A DNA stretch of 64,000 bases, taken from Desulfobacterales bacterium (GTDB lineage Bacteria > Desulfobacterota > Desulfobacteria > Desulfobacterales > UBA5852). Of the stretch, positions 10,259 through 20,336 are shown piece by piece; within the stretch, counting starts at the first letter, position 1; each line of letters begins with the position of its first letter. The notes beneath the pieces were generated by a model. The model made no database searches. It was not told where the DNA came from and saw only the letters and a list, made by a program, of their open reading frames with translations. The DNA is taken from the NCBI GenBank assembly GCA_963674755.2, contig CAXXVS010000001.1, positions 608,001 through 672,000 on the forward strand. Direction: 5' to 3'. Made by a program: the position numbers and the translations under genes.

Positions 10259-11554
10259 CTAGTCGTCAAAATCGCCCTGGGGGCCTTTGTCGCTGTCGAT
10301 GGCCGCCGCGCGTTCGCGGATTTGGGCTTCGGTCCACTCCTCGGGCGATTCGATGCGTTGGGCCTTGGGGCCCGGGTCGTAGCCGCCGGTCGCGCGGATG
10401 GCCTCGACCGCCAGGGGGGCGGTGTCCTGGGCGTTGAATACCTTGACGAGCATGTTGTAGACGAAATCCTTGACCCGGTTGACCATGCGCTCCCGCACGG
10501 CCTGGGGCTGCCCCAGGAGCTGGTTTTCAAAGGGCAGGTTCAGCTTTTTGAAATTGCCGGCCTTCCAGCCCTGTTGGGCGGCGTAGGCCACCATCCGTTC
10601 CCAGACATCCTCCATGACCCCCTGGTCGGGCACTTTTTGGAAATGGCCGTCGGCGTCCAGGATGGCGTTGCCGTAATCGTTGACTTCCAGGCCCCAGGAT
10701 ACCATCTGGAGCGCGGTGGCCACATTGGCCTTGGTGGTGCGCGTACGGGCCGCGATCTCCCGCAGGCGGTCGGAATTGTTGCCGGAAGTGCCGTGCTGCG
10801 CCCCGGAAACTTTGTAAGGCGCCAGGGCTTCGTGAATGGAGCGGGTCAGCTCGACCTGGATGCCCTGGCCGCTGGCCTCGATGCCGTGGGTGGTGCCGTT
10901 GTTCAAGGCGATCCAGTTGGGGAAGATGCCGTGGGCGTTCAGGCCCCGGATGAGGAACAAGGCCTCTGCGGGCGTGGAAAGCCCCTCCGAGCCCTTGATT
11001 TCCCCGACCTCGGTTTCCCGCCCGGCCCAGGCCGGAATAAAGGGGTTGAGTTCGATATTGGCCAGGAGATTGAGATGGTCGGGCATATGGGAGGCATCGA
11101 TGGCGATGGAGGTCATGCCTGCTTCGAATATGGTGGGGATTTCCTGTTTGGCCGGTCCGATGTCGCCTTCCGATTTGATGCCGTAATGATCGGCGTGAAT
11201 GGCCACCGGGATGGTGATGCCCAACTCGTTGCAGACGGCATTCACCTGGCGGGCGATGTTCCAATAGTTCACGGCGCAGTAGGCATTGGCCCCGCCTTCG
11301 GAACGGGCGATTTCGATGATCAGGCAGGCATTGGCCTGCTGGGCGGCCAGCAGGGCGCCGCGGATGACGATATGGCTGCGCCCGTTGGCGGCCATGGCAA
11401 TGGCGTGGCCTTTGGCCAGCATGGCCAGGTCGATGTATTTGCCGCTTACGATGAGCGCCCGGGATTCGGGAAACAATTTCGTGATGTTCGGGGGACGACC
11501 GATCTGTAATGCTTCCTGATAGGCTTTGGAATCTATCGACATTGCTGCGGCCAT
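10259..11554 (-). CDS. fba: Class II fructose-bisphosphate aldolase
   Basis: HADH, IDASH, ETEVGEI, NGTTHG, AQHGTSG, KANVAT; ATG 11554 behind AAGGAGG. Confidence 0.9.
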   Translation of the reverse strand: MAAAMSIDSKAYQEALQIGRPPNITKLFPESRALIVSGKYIDLAMLAKGHAIAMAANGRSHIVIRGALLAAQQANACLIIEIARSEGGANAYCAVNYWNIARQVNAVCNELGITIPVAIHADHYGIKSEGDIGPAKQEIPTIFEAGMTSIAIDASHMPDHLNLLANIELNPFIPAWAGRETEVGEIKGSEGLSTPAEALFLIRGLNAHGIFPNWIALNNGTTHGIEASGQGIQVELTRSIHEALAPYKVSGAQHGTSGNNSDRLREIAARTRTTKANVATALQMVSWGLEVNDYGNAILDADGHFQKVPDQGVMEDVWERMVAYAAQQGWKAGNFKKLNLPFENQLLGQPQAVRERMVNRVKDFVYNMLVKVFNAQDTAPLAVEAIRATGGYDPGPKAQRIESPEEWTEAQIRERAAAIDSDKGPQGDFDD

Positions 11555-11878
11555 GGTTGCCTCCTTGGTCAAAAGGTTGCCCTGCTGTTCACCGTTGCCA
11601 TCCTATGGGATGACAGGCAGATAATCAAGTCTGTTTCCGTCCGCGGCGGGCAAGGATGGCGGTCGGGGAAAGGACTTGCCAGGATGGGGGGGCTTATGTA
11701 GTGTTCGTCCAGAGACGGTCGATTTCAGATGCAGGTCCACCGGCGGCATTCTGTGAGAAAATACCGGCCCTCGTGCACGATGGCCTCGCGGGATATTCAG
11801 TCGGGCATGCTGCCGTCCGGCTGCTCATCCATTGCGGGGCAGTGGCCCTTTAACGACCTTGAACGGGAGATATGACCC

Positions 11879-12559
11879 ATGAGCAAGTATCAGATCCGCA
11901 TCCCCATCGAACGGCAGCGGTTTGTGGAAGGACGCCTGGATATACCGGAGGGTGATGCCGGTGCCGGACACACCGCGGTGGTCATGGCGCACGGCGCCGC
12001 CAACGACATGCATGAGCCGCTGCTGCGCTATTTGGCCCAGGGCCTTTGCGCATCCGGATTTCTGGCCCTGCGCTTCAATTTTCCCTACCGCACGGAGGGC
12101 CGCAACCGGCCGGACTCCCAGCGCATCCTGGAATCTGCCTGGCTGGAGACGGTCAACTGGCTCCTGAGCCAGGAAGACTTCCCGGTGGCGCGCGTGGTGG
12201 CCGGCGGCAAGTCCATGGGGGCGCGGGTGGCCTCCCAGCTGGCCGGGGCGGGGCGCCTGGAAGCCGATCGGTTTGCCTTCTGGGGCTATCCGCTGCACCC
12301 GCCGGGGCGAAAAAGCCAGGTGCGGGACAATCATCTCGATCCTATCCGTAAACCGATGCTCTTTGTCACGGGCACCCGGGATGCCTTTTGCGATATGGAC
12401 TTGTTGCGCAATGTCGTTGCGCGTCTGGGAGAGCACGCCACCCTGGAGGCGGTCGAAGACGGCGACCATTCCTTCCGCCTGCCGAAATCTTCGGAAACCC
12501 CCCAGGAGGACGTATACGCCCACATCCTGGAGCGTACGCTCGCCTGGCTGCAAACCTGA
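11879..12559 (+). CDS. Alpha/beta hydrolase
   Basis: HGA, GGKSMG nucleophile elbow, GYPLHPPG, GTRD, GDHSF. Confidence 0.9.
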   Translation: MSKYQIRIPIERQRFVEGRLDIPEGDAGAGHTAVVMAHGAANDMHEPLLRYLAQGLCASGFLALRFNFPYRTEGRNRPDSQRILESAWLETVNWLLSQEDFPVARVVAGGKSMGARVASQLAGAGRLEADRFAFWGYPLHPPGRKSQVRDNHLDPIRKPMLFVTGTRDAFCDMDLLRNVVARLGEHATLEAVEDGDHSFRLPKSSETPQEDVYAHILERTLAWLQT

Positions 12560-12588
12560 GACATGGCAGGGCGGATGTCGGCGGCAAC

Positions 12589-12622
12589 AAAAAAGGCGGG
12601 GATGGTGGATCCCCGCCTTTTT
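12589..12622. terminator. Bidirectional intrinsic terminator
   Basis: AAAAAAGGCGGGGAT-GGTGG-ATCCCCGCCTTTTT between convergent genes. Confidence 0.85.
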
Positions 12623-12671
12623 CTATCCGAAGCGTCTTAACGGCCAGATGATGTTCTTGTGCGTGAAAGCC

Positions 12672-13169
12672 TTATTCCTGGGGATGGCATTCGATGCAGC
12701 CCATGGGCAGATTCTGCAGTGTGCCGATATTGTCGCTGAGGTTGGTCATGCGGGCCTTCTTGCGGTTTTCGGCGTTGATGTCGCGATGACAGTCCCGGCA
12801 CATCTTGTGGTAGGCATATTTGTAGTAGCGAATGCCCTCCACGGTATATTTGCCGTCGACAATCGCCTTGTCAGGGGGCTCGGTGAGATCGTGGCATCCG
12901 GATGTCGTACAGGAATCCAGGACGGCATGGTGCTGCCATTTATGATGGCAGGTGTCGCAGCTGTAGGTCATGTGCCGCGAATGGGGGAAATCCACCGACG
13001 TGCGCTCCTGCTCCACACCGTCGGGTGCGCCGATTGACAGCATTCCCACCGGAAAGCACAGAGAGTCCTCCTCATCGATCCACTCAACCCACTGGCCTGC
13101 AGCCATCAGCGTTCCGCCCAGCATGAAAAACGTTGCGATGCACACGATGAACAGCTTTTTGTTGACCAT
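12672..13169 (-). CDS. Periplasmic tetrahaem class III cytochrome c (c3 family)
   Basis: Signal peptide; FPHSRH; haem motifs CDTCHH, CTTSGCH, CRDCH, CIECH. Confidence 0.93.
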   Translation of the reverse strand: MVNKKLFIVCIATFFMLGGTLMAAGQWVEWIDEEDSLCFPVGMLSIGAPDGVEQERTSVDFPHSRHMTYSCDTCHHKWQHHAVLDSCTTSGCHDLTEPPDKAIVDGKYTVEGIRYYKYAYHKMCRDCHRDINAENRKKARMTNLSDNIGTLQNLPMGCIECHPQE

Positions 13170-13569
13170 CTTTGTCCCCTCTCTTGTATGCGATTTTCGG
13201 GCCCGCGGTCCTTCCCGATCGTCCCGTGAAGGTACCGGGCGCGGGGGAAATCGGGCATGTCATTCAGGTTCAGCAGCATGATCGGCTGGTCGGTCCGATT
13301 CAGCAAAGGCCTATATCATAAAATCCGAAAAATGTAATGGGGGGATTGCAGAAAATATGAACGATATCCTCCAATGGGCGCCCTCCCGTCCGCCCTTGAC
13401 GATATGCAAAGATTTATGGGGATAGCGCCCGGGAAGACGCCTCTTGACCCCGTCGGCGTCCTATTTTAAACAAGCCCATACCGTCTTGGAGGAAGGGGCC
13501 CATACCCACCGCCCCGCCGTTTGACATCAACCTGACTGACAGCGCAGCGAGCGGAGGCCAACCGCGGTC

Positions 13570-14418
13570 ATGGATCATCACGCGGATAGCGAGCAACCGG
13601 CGGCCCCCTATCCGGGGCGGATCCTGGTGCGCCCTTATTCCCGCTTGCTGAAGACCAGAGTGGCCGCCCTTATCAAGGCCTGCCGCCTGTTCGACCTCAC
13701 CGGGGCGCCGGCCATCCCCTATATCGCCGCCTGGCAGGACCATGACGACATCTGGTATGAATTCGCCGGCCGTCGTTTTCTCGACCTTATGAACTGCCGG
13801 GCCGACCGCCTGGCGGAGACCTTCCGCAGCCGGGTCGTGGACCAGCGCGTCTACAAATGGGTCGACATGCAGGCGGCCATCGAACGGGAAGAACGCACCC
13901 AGGAGGAACTCCAGCACGACCGCAACCATCTGCGCCGGGAGGGGATCGTGCGGGGCGAGGTGGATGCCGTCTACAAGCTGGATGTGTCGCCCGAGGGCGT
14001 TGTCTGGCTCAAGGATCAGGCCGTCGTGGAGGCCTTCGAGGCCGATCATATCTGCCTGTCGGTGGGCCACCTGACCGTCGTGACCAAAGAGATGCGCTCG
14101 GAAGAGGAGCGGCTGGAAAAGGAGCGCCTCCAGGTCTCGCTGGAAATGGCCGGGGCCGTGTGCCACGAGCTGAACCAGCCGATCCAGGGCATTTCCAGCT
14201 ATGCCGAGAGCCTGTTGAACAGCTTACCCCCGGACAGTCCGGCCCACGGCCAGGCCAAAGGCGTGCTGGATCTGGCCGGGCGCATGGGGGTCATTACCCG
14301 CAAACTCATGCAGATCACCCGTTACGAGACCAAGGACTATCTCAAAGGCGTGCGCATTATCGATATCGACCGGGCCGCCGAAGACTCCCCCAATTCGGAT
14401 GATAGCGGCAGGCCGTGA
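13570..14418 (+). CDS. PAS-like sensor with HisKA-type helix pair but no ATPase domain
   Basis: PAC-like VVWLKDQA; LEMAGAVCHELNQP H-box; ends ITRYETKDYLKGVRIIDID. Confidence 0.75.
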   Translation: MDHHADSEQPAAPYPGRILVRPYSRLLKTRVAALIKACRLFDLTGAPAIPYIAAWQDHDDIWYEFAGRRFLDLMNCRADRLAETFRSRVVDQRVYKWVDMQAAIEREERTQEELQHDRNHLRREGIVRGEVDAVYKLDVSPEGVVWLKDQAVVEAFEADHICLSVGHLTVVTKEMRSEEERLEKERLQVSLEMAGAVCHELNQPIQGISSYAESLLNSLPPDSPAHGQAKGVLDLAGRMGVITRKLMQITRYETKDYLKGVRIIDIDRAAEDSPNSDDSGRP

Positions 14419-14442
14419 CCACCAGAGGAGGCAAGCACAACG

Positions 14443-14805
14443 ATGAGCAATAACGATACCATCAGCGACGAGGAATGGGAAAACCGGCAGCTCTGCAGCG
14501 ACGGCAACTGCATCGGTGTCATCGGCCCGGACGGCCTGTGTACGGAATGCGGCAAGCCGGGCGAAGGGGGCGAAAATCCCAAGGAGGCGGCTCCCCCACC
14601 CGTCGCTTCCGAAGAAACGCCTGCCGATCAGGTCGAAGCCCCCGCCAGCGAAAATGAGGAGGTTGACGCCGAGGCGTCTGCGGAGGCTGATGCCCCGCAA
14701 GACGATGACGACTGGGCCAACCGCCGCCTCTGCCCGGACGGCAACTGCATCGGCGTCATTGGCCCGGACGGCAAATGCAAGGAGTGTGGCCGCCCGGCGG
14801 AATGA
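14443..14805 (+). CDS. Acidic protein with two copies of a four-Cys motif
   Basis: WxNRxLCxDGNCIGVIGPDGxCxECG at both ends; GAGG upstream. Confidence 0.8.
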   Translation: MSNNDTISDEEWENRQLCSDGNCIGVIGPDGLCTECGKPGEGGENPKEAAPPPVASEETPADQVEAPASENEEVDAEASAEADAPQDDDDWANRRLCPDGNCIGVIGPDGKCKECGRPAE

Positions 14806-14976
14806 GGCACTTTCCTCCATCCCCGTTTCGACAGCCAAGCCGCGATAGCGGCCATCAATTGGACAATCGTAAGATTGTCCAATTAGGGGGTTGAAATTTA
14901 GGAGGACCCTTGCTAAAGGACCCTTCACTGTTTGCGCAGGCGCATGCCCCGCGAACAGGTACCAACCTTGAAACAT

Positions 14977-15061
14977 GGTGGGGTTCCCGAGTGGTCAAAG
15001 GGAGCAGACTGTAAATCTGCCGGCCAAGCCTTCGGAGGTTCAAATCCTCCCCCCACCACCA
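14977..15061 (+). tRNA. tRNA-Tyr (GTA)
   Basis: GGTGGGG acceptor stem, GCAGA-CTGTAAA-TCTGC anticodon arm, long variable arm, GGTTCAAATCC, encoded CCA. Confidence 0.97.
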
Positions 15062-15072
15062 TTTCACATTGC

Positions 15073-15150
15073 GTCCCCATCGTCTAGCCCGGTCCAGGAC
15101 ACCGGCCTTTCACGCCGGCGACAGGGGTTCGAATCCCCTTGGGGACGCCA
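15073..15150 (+). tRNA. tRNA-Glu (TTC)
   Basis: GTCCCCA acceptor stem, CCGGC-CTTTCAC-GCCGG anticodon arm, GGTTCGAATCC, encoded CCA. Confidence 0.97.
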
Positions 15151-15220
15151 TTTGCAGACAACAGGCACCGAAAGGTGCCTGATCTATATAGTCCGGCAAT
15201 TGCCGGACGTTGGACTATTC

Positions 15221-15258
15221 AGCCCCCGGAAGCACAAGCTTTCGGGGGCTTTTTGTTT
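15221..15258 (+). terminator. Intrinsic terminator of the tRNA operon
   Basis: AGCCCCCGGAAGC-ACAA-GCTTTCGGGGGCT followed by a T-tract. Confidence 0.85.
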
Positions 15259-15572
15259 GGTGTTTTTGAGATCGATTCCATACCTTTTGCAATATTCAAT
15301 CGATTTTGGTAGCGTGTGTTCATTCCCTCTTTTTGAAGCCGGCCCAACCCCATTTCGCGCAATGCGATCCGATGAATCATCTTTGACACATAAAAGATGC
15401 AATCCTATGGCTTTTGTGATTACGCGATGTCAAAGGTTTTAAAGCGAAGAGACTTCTGAAATTTATAAGTGAGGGCATCCCTATAATGGCCTCTATCGAA
15501 TAAGATGGGTTATCCTTCTACATCGATATGCCGGCGAGGGGCTGCGATGAACGATGGTGCGTACCGCAGGGA

Positions 15573-15644
15573 GGGAAAAGGGACATTGACTAAGAGTGAA
15601 GGGTTTGGTTTGTACTCTTAGTCAACAACGTCCCCAACTTTCCC
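15573..15644. repeat. Inverted repeat with GGGAC..GTCCC ends at the left edge of the AT-rich patch
   Basis: Perfect 12-bp IR TTGACTAAGAGT (15586-15597) / ACTCTTAGTCAA (15614-15625), enclosed by GGGAC and GTCCC. Confidence 0.7.
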
Positions 15645-15828
15645 CCAAAAAATGCATTGAAATGCGGTATTGGCAAAAATATTTTTTTTGCTTAATTCTA
15701 AATCGATATGCAGTATGAATGGATATAAAGTGGTTTGCAGCCCATTTTGACATAGATTAAGTCGTTTAACTATAGTGCGCAGTGTGAACCGTAGCTATCT
15801 ACAAAATATTTAATATTAAGTTTATTCC

Positions 15829-16590
15829 ATGAAATACGAAAAACCTCAGAAAGGGAATCCACACAGCATAGTTATTAATCAGCATGTTTTTCCTAGTAAA
15901 AGCATTGAAAAATATGTAAACAAAAAAGGCTTTGTTGAGGTCTTTATTAAGAAAAAATCAAAAAAAATAAGCGCTAAACCAAATAATAAGATATTCTGCG
16001 TCCAAAGAATTTGGGATCAGCGCGCTGAGATTGGATACATGAAAGACATTGAAGATAAGTTTCAAAAATTATCGTCTAAAATAATAGCTAATCCAACTGA
16101 AGCAATCGATGATCATGGGCATATATTAGTCACAATGTTTTATGCATTATGGGATTTAAGATTTAGCCGAAGCCTTGAGCCGATAGATGATGTAGAGCTG
16201 AAAGGAATTCAGCAGGGAGAAGTGTGGAGTAAAGATCAGGAAGAGATTCTTGAAAATAAAGGATATATATTGTCAAAGAATATTGATGGTAAGGCCTTTA
16301 TCCCCAGCAGGTTCAATACAGGCATGAATATCCAAATGACCATCGATAATATGATTTATAAGTATAAAAATTTGAAATGGGGGATAGTCATCTCAACTGA
16401 AGGGGATTTTCTTGTTCCAGATAATTTTAACAAAACAACTATAGTGCCTATTTGCCCTAATGTTATTTTGCTGGGAAGTTCTAAAGATATTTATATCGCA
16501 GAAAATGAAACTAAAATAATAAATCGGTTAGCTATTCAAAATAGCAAAGAAATATACTTTGCAAGGAAATTGTCTAATTGCCCGGTATAA
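15829..16590 (+). CDS. Hypothetical protein, DUF4238-like
   Basis: AT-rich 253-aa ORF; NQHVFP N-terminus and FLVPDN..IVPICPNVIL resemble DUF4238. Confidence 0.6.
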   Translation: MKYEKPQKGNPHSIVINQHVFPSKSIEKYVNKKGFVEVFIKKKSKKISAKPNNKIFCVQRIWDQRAEIGYMKDIEDKFQKLSSKIIANPTEAIDDHGHILVTMFYALWDLRFSRSLEPIDDVELKGIQQGEVWSKDQEEILENKGYILSKNIDGKAFIPSRFNTGMNIQMTIDNMIYKYKNLKWGIVISTEGDFLVPDNFNKTTIVPICPNVILLGSSKDIYIAENETKIINRLAIQNSKEIYFARKLSNCPV

Positions 16591-16690
16591 AACTTTGCTT
16601 TTACATCCGCCGGACATCAAATAGTTCAGCCGCAACGACACAGTAAATATAGGTTTACTAAAAGGGTGCAAGTCGTTAGCATTGAATATT

Positions 16691-17929
16691 ATGAATGACG
16701 GAATAATTAATCGATTATGCAGAAAAGCCAGATCAAACCAGCTTGTGATAGTTGTTGGAGATTCATTGAGCCCATCAGGATTGTCATTAAATTTCATAGG
16801 TAAAATGATTGCAAAAAAATACAGCATTAAGTTAACTTTAAAAAATGAATATGAAATATTCAGTAATTGGAATGGTCTTATCGATAAAGCCGAAAACAAT
16901 AAAAATAGAGAAAATATTAAAGATTATTTAAAAGATGTTTTTAGCAAAATTAGACCAGTATCTTTAATCAAACAAATCGCATCATTACCAATTTCTAACT
17001 ATATCGATTTAACGGTATCGCGATTATTGTATAGGGCTACAATCGAGTTAGGGAAGGAACCAATCCTTCACGATTTTGAAACACAGCGAATGGGTTCATG
17101 GCAACACAGTAACCCTTCAAATCCTAATATTTTTTTCTGCTTTGGTAATTGTTATAGTAATAATCCATGGATTGGTGTTCATGAACAAATTTTCCTTCAA
17201 GAGCAGAATAGAATACAAATTGAGAATATGATGGAAATGGTAGATAACAAAGATATTCTTTTACTGGATATTTCATCATATGAAGCAGAATACATGCTGC
17301 ATTTGAGCAGCTTAGTTCATTCTTCTTCCAAAATAGTTAATACAAGCGATGTCAATAATGACCCTGTATACTGGTCAAAAAATGGCGTTCTTATTTATGG
17401 GCAAAGCGTTAGTAGTGTAATAGGCAGACTATCACCTCATTTTGGAACAGAATATACAATGTGGGATCGATTTGGTTTGAGAAAACTCATCGACACTTCT
17501 CGAAAAAAGGATTTCGATTGTTTTATAAGCTATTTTAGCGGTGATAAAGATTTTGCTAAAAGAGTCGAGAATGATTTATCGCTTAGAGGTCTATATATTT
17601 GGCGAGACGATAATGAAATAGAAATTGGAGATTCTTTTACTGATCAGGTAGAAAAAGGATTGCGAAACAGCTATTCATTTATAGTTGTGTTAACGCATGA
17701 AGCTTTAAAAAGGCCATGGGTAAAAGAAGAATTGCGGGCTGCTTACAATTTAAGGTTAGCGGAAGAATTTAAAATCTTACCATTGCTTTATAAAGAGTGC
17801 GAAATACCATTATTTCTATCTGATTATAAGTATGCTGATTTCCGTGATGAAAAAAGATATACTGAGCAGATGGGATTGCTTGAAAAATCAATTAGAAATG
17901 CTGTGAAAAAAGCTCGTAATAAGAGTTGA
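16691..17929 (+). CDS. TIR-domain protein with degenerate SIR2-like N-terminal region
   Basis: C-terminal TIR_2: DCFISY..DKDFA..IWRDDNEIEIGDS..IVVLT..WVKEEL..ILPLL; N-terminal LVIVVGDSLSPSG resembles a SIR2_2 start. Confidence 0.8.
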   Translation: MNDGIINRLCRKARSNQLVIVVGDSLSPSGLSLNFIGKMIAKKYSIKLTLKNEYEIFSNWNGLIDKAENNKNRENIKDYLKDVFSKIRPVSLIKQIASLPISNYIDLTVSRLLYRATIELGKEPILHDFETQRMGSWQHSNPSNPNIFFCFGNCYSNNPWIGVHEQIFLQEQNRIQIENMMEMVDNKDILLLDISSYEAEYMLHLSSLVHSSSKIVNTSDVNNDPVYWSKNGVLIYGQSVSSVIGRLSPHFGTEYTMWDRFGLRKLIDTSRKKDFDCFISYFSGDKDFAKRVENDLSLRGLYIWRDDNEIEIGDSFTDQVEKGLRNSYSFIVVLTHEALKRPWVKEELRAAYNLRLAEEFKILPLLYKECEIPLFLSDYKYADFRDEKRYTEQMGLLEKSIRNAVKKARNKS

Positions 17930-17950
17930 ATTCTAACATTATCGATAACG

Positions 17951-18316
17951 TTGGCGGGGAAGGGAATGCCGCCTAACAGATTTTTGTCATCACATATGAA
18001 AACAAAAATGATTATCCCATTTACAACACTTGATGATATATCAAAAAACTTTTTAGACTGGTCAAAAGAAATAGAAAGGTATTGGGAGCTATACGTTGGA
18101 AGGTATTCAGAAGTGCAAAATACCCCTAAAGCTGAATCTATTACAAAAAATACATGTGAAATTTTTAAATATTTACTTAAGTTGTTTGTAAAGCATTCAA
18201 GACACAATGACGATTTTACTTTTTCGAATTCCAATAATTGCATTTTGCCAGCAAAGGAAGCATCGGTAAAATCAGTAAAAACTGGGACAAAACACGGGAC
18301 GTCCATTCATAAATAA
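17951..18316 (+). CDS. Hypothetical AT-rich ORF, probably truncated by the adjacent element
   Basis: ORF only; its last codons lie inside the left inverted repeat at 18296. Confidence 0.3.
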   Translation: MAGKGMPPNRFLSSHMKTKMIIPFTTLDDISKNFLDWSKEIERYWELYVGRYSEVQNTPKAESITKNTCEIFKYLLKLFVKHSRHNDDFTFSNSNNCILPAKEASVKSVKTGTKHGTSIHK

Positions 18317-19384
18317 GTTGCTTACAGCCGCCTGATCTGCTATCTATGTTCCATGCCCCGCCAAGCCCGCATTGATGCCCCCGGTGCCGTTCACCACGTC
18401 ATTGTCCGTGGGATCGAGCGCCGCGACATTTTCCGCGACAATCAGGACCGTCACGACTGGATCGAACGTCTGGCGACGATCCTGGAAGAAACCGCAACAC
18501 CCTGCTTTGCCTGGGCCTTGATGTCCAACCACGCTCACTTTTTGCTCCGAACCGGCCGCCTGCCCCTGGCCGGGGTCATGCGCCGACTGTTGACAGGCTA
18601 TGCCGTCAGGTTCAACCGCCGATATATGCGGCATGGGCAGCTGTTCCAAAATCGATACAAGTCCATCCTGTGCCAGGAAGATCCCTATCTCAAAGAATTG
18701 GTCCGCTATATCCACTTGAACCCTTTAAGGGTTGGACTCGTCAGCGATCTGAAGGAACTGGACCGATACCCCTTCACGGGCCACAGCACTTTGATGGGGC
18801 ATAGCGAGCAGCCATGGCAGGATGCCGGCTACGTCTTGAACCTGTTTGCCAAACGGATTCCTACCGCCCGCAAACGCTATCGCGCCTTTGTCGAAAAGGG
18901 CGTCGACCAGGGAAGGCGGCCGGAACTGATCGGCGGCGGTCTGCTGCGCAGCATGGGAGGCTGGCAGGCGGTGAAAACGATGCGGGCGGCAGGGCAACGC
19001 ACCAAGGGGGATGAGCGCATCTTAGGCGATAGGAATTTTATCGATCGCGTCCTGGCCGCCAGCAACGACGCGTTGGAACGCAAGGCGGTTTACCGCAGCC
19101 AGGGCTATGATTTCGATTGGCTCGTTAAAAGGGTCGCCGAATTGCTATCAATAGACGTCGAGGATGTCTTAAAACGAGGGCGGTACCCGCAAACCGTCAA
19201 GGCCCGCAGCATTCTCTTGTACTGGGCCCACCGCGAGTTGGGTATCCCCACCACGGAATTGGCCCGGCGAATGAGCCTGTCGCAGCCGGCGGTCAGCCAT
19301 TCGGTGGCTCGGGGAGAATGGCTTGTCCGCGAAAATGGCTATACTTTGTCGGCTCATTTATAATTATATGTGAATGGATGTCCC
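18296..19384 (+). mobile_element. Y1-transposase element bounded by ~23-bp imperfect inverted repeats
   Basis: GGGACGTCCATTCATAAATAAGT (18296-18318) versus AATTATATGTGAATGGATGTCCC (19362-19384), 19/23 match; GC shift at both ends. Confidence 0.8.
18353..19363 (+). CDS. REP-associated tyrosine (Y1/HUH) transposase with C-terminal DnaA_C-like HTH
   Basis: MPRQARID, HHVIVRG, LMSNHAHFL (HUH), LFQNRYKS, RYIHLNP (catalytic Tyr); HTH tail TTELARRMSLSQPAVSH. Confidence 0.92.
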   Translation: MPRQARIDAPGAVHHVIVRGIERRDIFRDNQDRHDWIERLATILEETATPCFAWALMSNHAHFLLRTGRLPLAGVMRRLLTGYAVRFNRRYMRHGQLFQNRYKSILCQEDPYLKELVRYIHLNPLRVGLVSDLKELDRYPFTGHSTLMGHSEQPWQDAGYVLNLFAKRIPTARKRYRAFVEKGVDQGRRPELIGGGLLRSMGGWQAVKTMRAAGQRTKGDERILGDRNFIDRVLAASNDALERKAVYRSQGYDFDWLVKRVAELLSIDVEDVLKRGRYPQTVKARSILLYWAHRELGIPTTELARRMSLSQPAVSHSVARGEWLVRENGYTLSAHL

Positions 19385-19412
19385 TCCAATTCCTGCAAAG
19401 GAAATTCGATCG

Positions 19413-20081
19413 ATGAACCTGAATTTTTACAAGACCATCTTCATTACATTTTTATTCATTATATTCACAGGAGATTATTTAATGGGACAATCTTCTTTAG
19501 GCATAGAACCGCAAAAATTAACTAAAGCAGATAAAGTCATAATGGAATTAATAAATAGGGAATTCCCAATCGATAAAACAACTTTTCATAATACGACACC
19601 CGATAGTACCTACCCCTACTGGATTAGGGACTTAAAACGATATCAAGCTATGGACGAAGGCTGGATTACGGCAGATCCGCCCGGACCGCCCATGACATTT
19701 ATAGTTAATCCTGCTAATAAAATCTTCCGTTCCATGGCCGAAGCCCTTTCTTCGATTAAATATGTACCCCAAAATGATGAAAATGCTTTGAAGGCGGCTG
19801 TTATGATTGCTACGCAATCATCCCACCCCAAGGGTAAAGTTATTGTCGATGGTAACGGAAAAGCCGATGGTATTCCGAAAGACGTATTAAGCAATTATGA
19901 TTTAGCGCCAGCCATCTCTAAAAATGGCAAAGAGTACAATATAATTGTTTTCTCATGGGTCTCATTCGAAACCCAAAACAAATTTGTACGAGGTTATCAT
20001 TCCCTATGGAGGCATATGATTTCTATTGATGGATACGCATATAAAGAAACAATAAAAATACTCTGGGAGAAGAAGGATTGA
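19413..20081 (+). CDS. Hypothetical exported protein
   Basis: AT-rich ORF with hydrophobic N-terminus (TIFITFLFIIF); no recognised domain. Confidence 0.6.
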   Translation: MNLNFYKTIFITFLFIIFTGDYLMGQSSLGIEPQKLTKADKVIMELINREFPIDKTTFHNTTPDSTYPYWIRDLKRYQAMDEGWITADPPGPPMTFIVNPANKIFRSMAEALSSIKYVPQNDENALKAAVMIATQSSHPKGKVIVDGNGKADGIPKDVLSNYDLAPAISKNGKEYNIIVFSWVSFETQNKFVRGYHSLWRHMISIDGYAYKETIKILWEKKD

Positions 20082-20140
20082 CGCAAGAGTTGTTTGAAAA
20101 CTTAACAGGGGGAAATGAAGAAACATAATCCCAATTACTG

Positions 20141-20336
20141 ACAATTGCACCGCGCAAATTCTGTCGAGCTCTTGGCGGCCTTCTTCCACGGTCAGGTCGA
20201 TATCGTTCCACGCCTGCTTGAGCGCGCGTATGATCCTATGGGCCAGCATCATCACCAGCCCATGTCCCCGGGTGCTGGCTTCGGTGCGGACAAACACCGG
20301 CCGCACCTCCCGGTGGTTGGTCTTGCAGGTGCGCAA
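20141..20336 (-). pseudogene. DDE transposase fragment, IS1634-like
   Basis: RTCKT..EVRPVFVRTEASTRGH..MLAHRI..DLTVEEG resembles the C-terminal part of IS1634 transposases. Confidence 0.7.

Noticed and set aside
14855..15442. ORFs overlapping the tRNAs
   Set aside because: Explained by tRNA-Tyr, tRNA-Glu and the terminator
16590..17990. Integron attC sites around the AT-rich genes (GTTAGC near 16675; CTAAC near 17933 and 17973)
   Set aside because: No paired R''/L''/L'/R' boxes at proper spacing and no integron integrase
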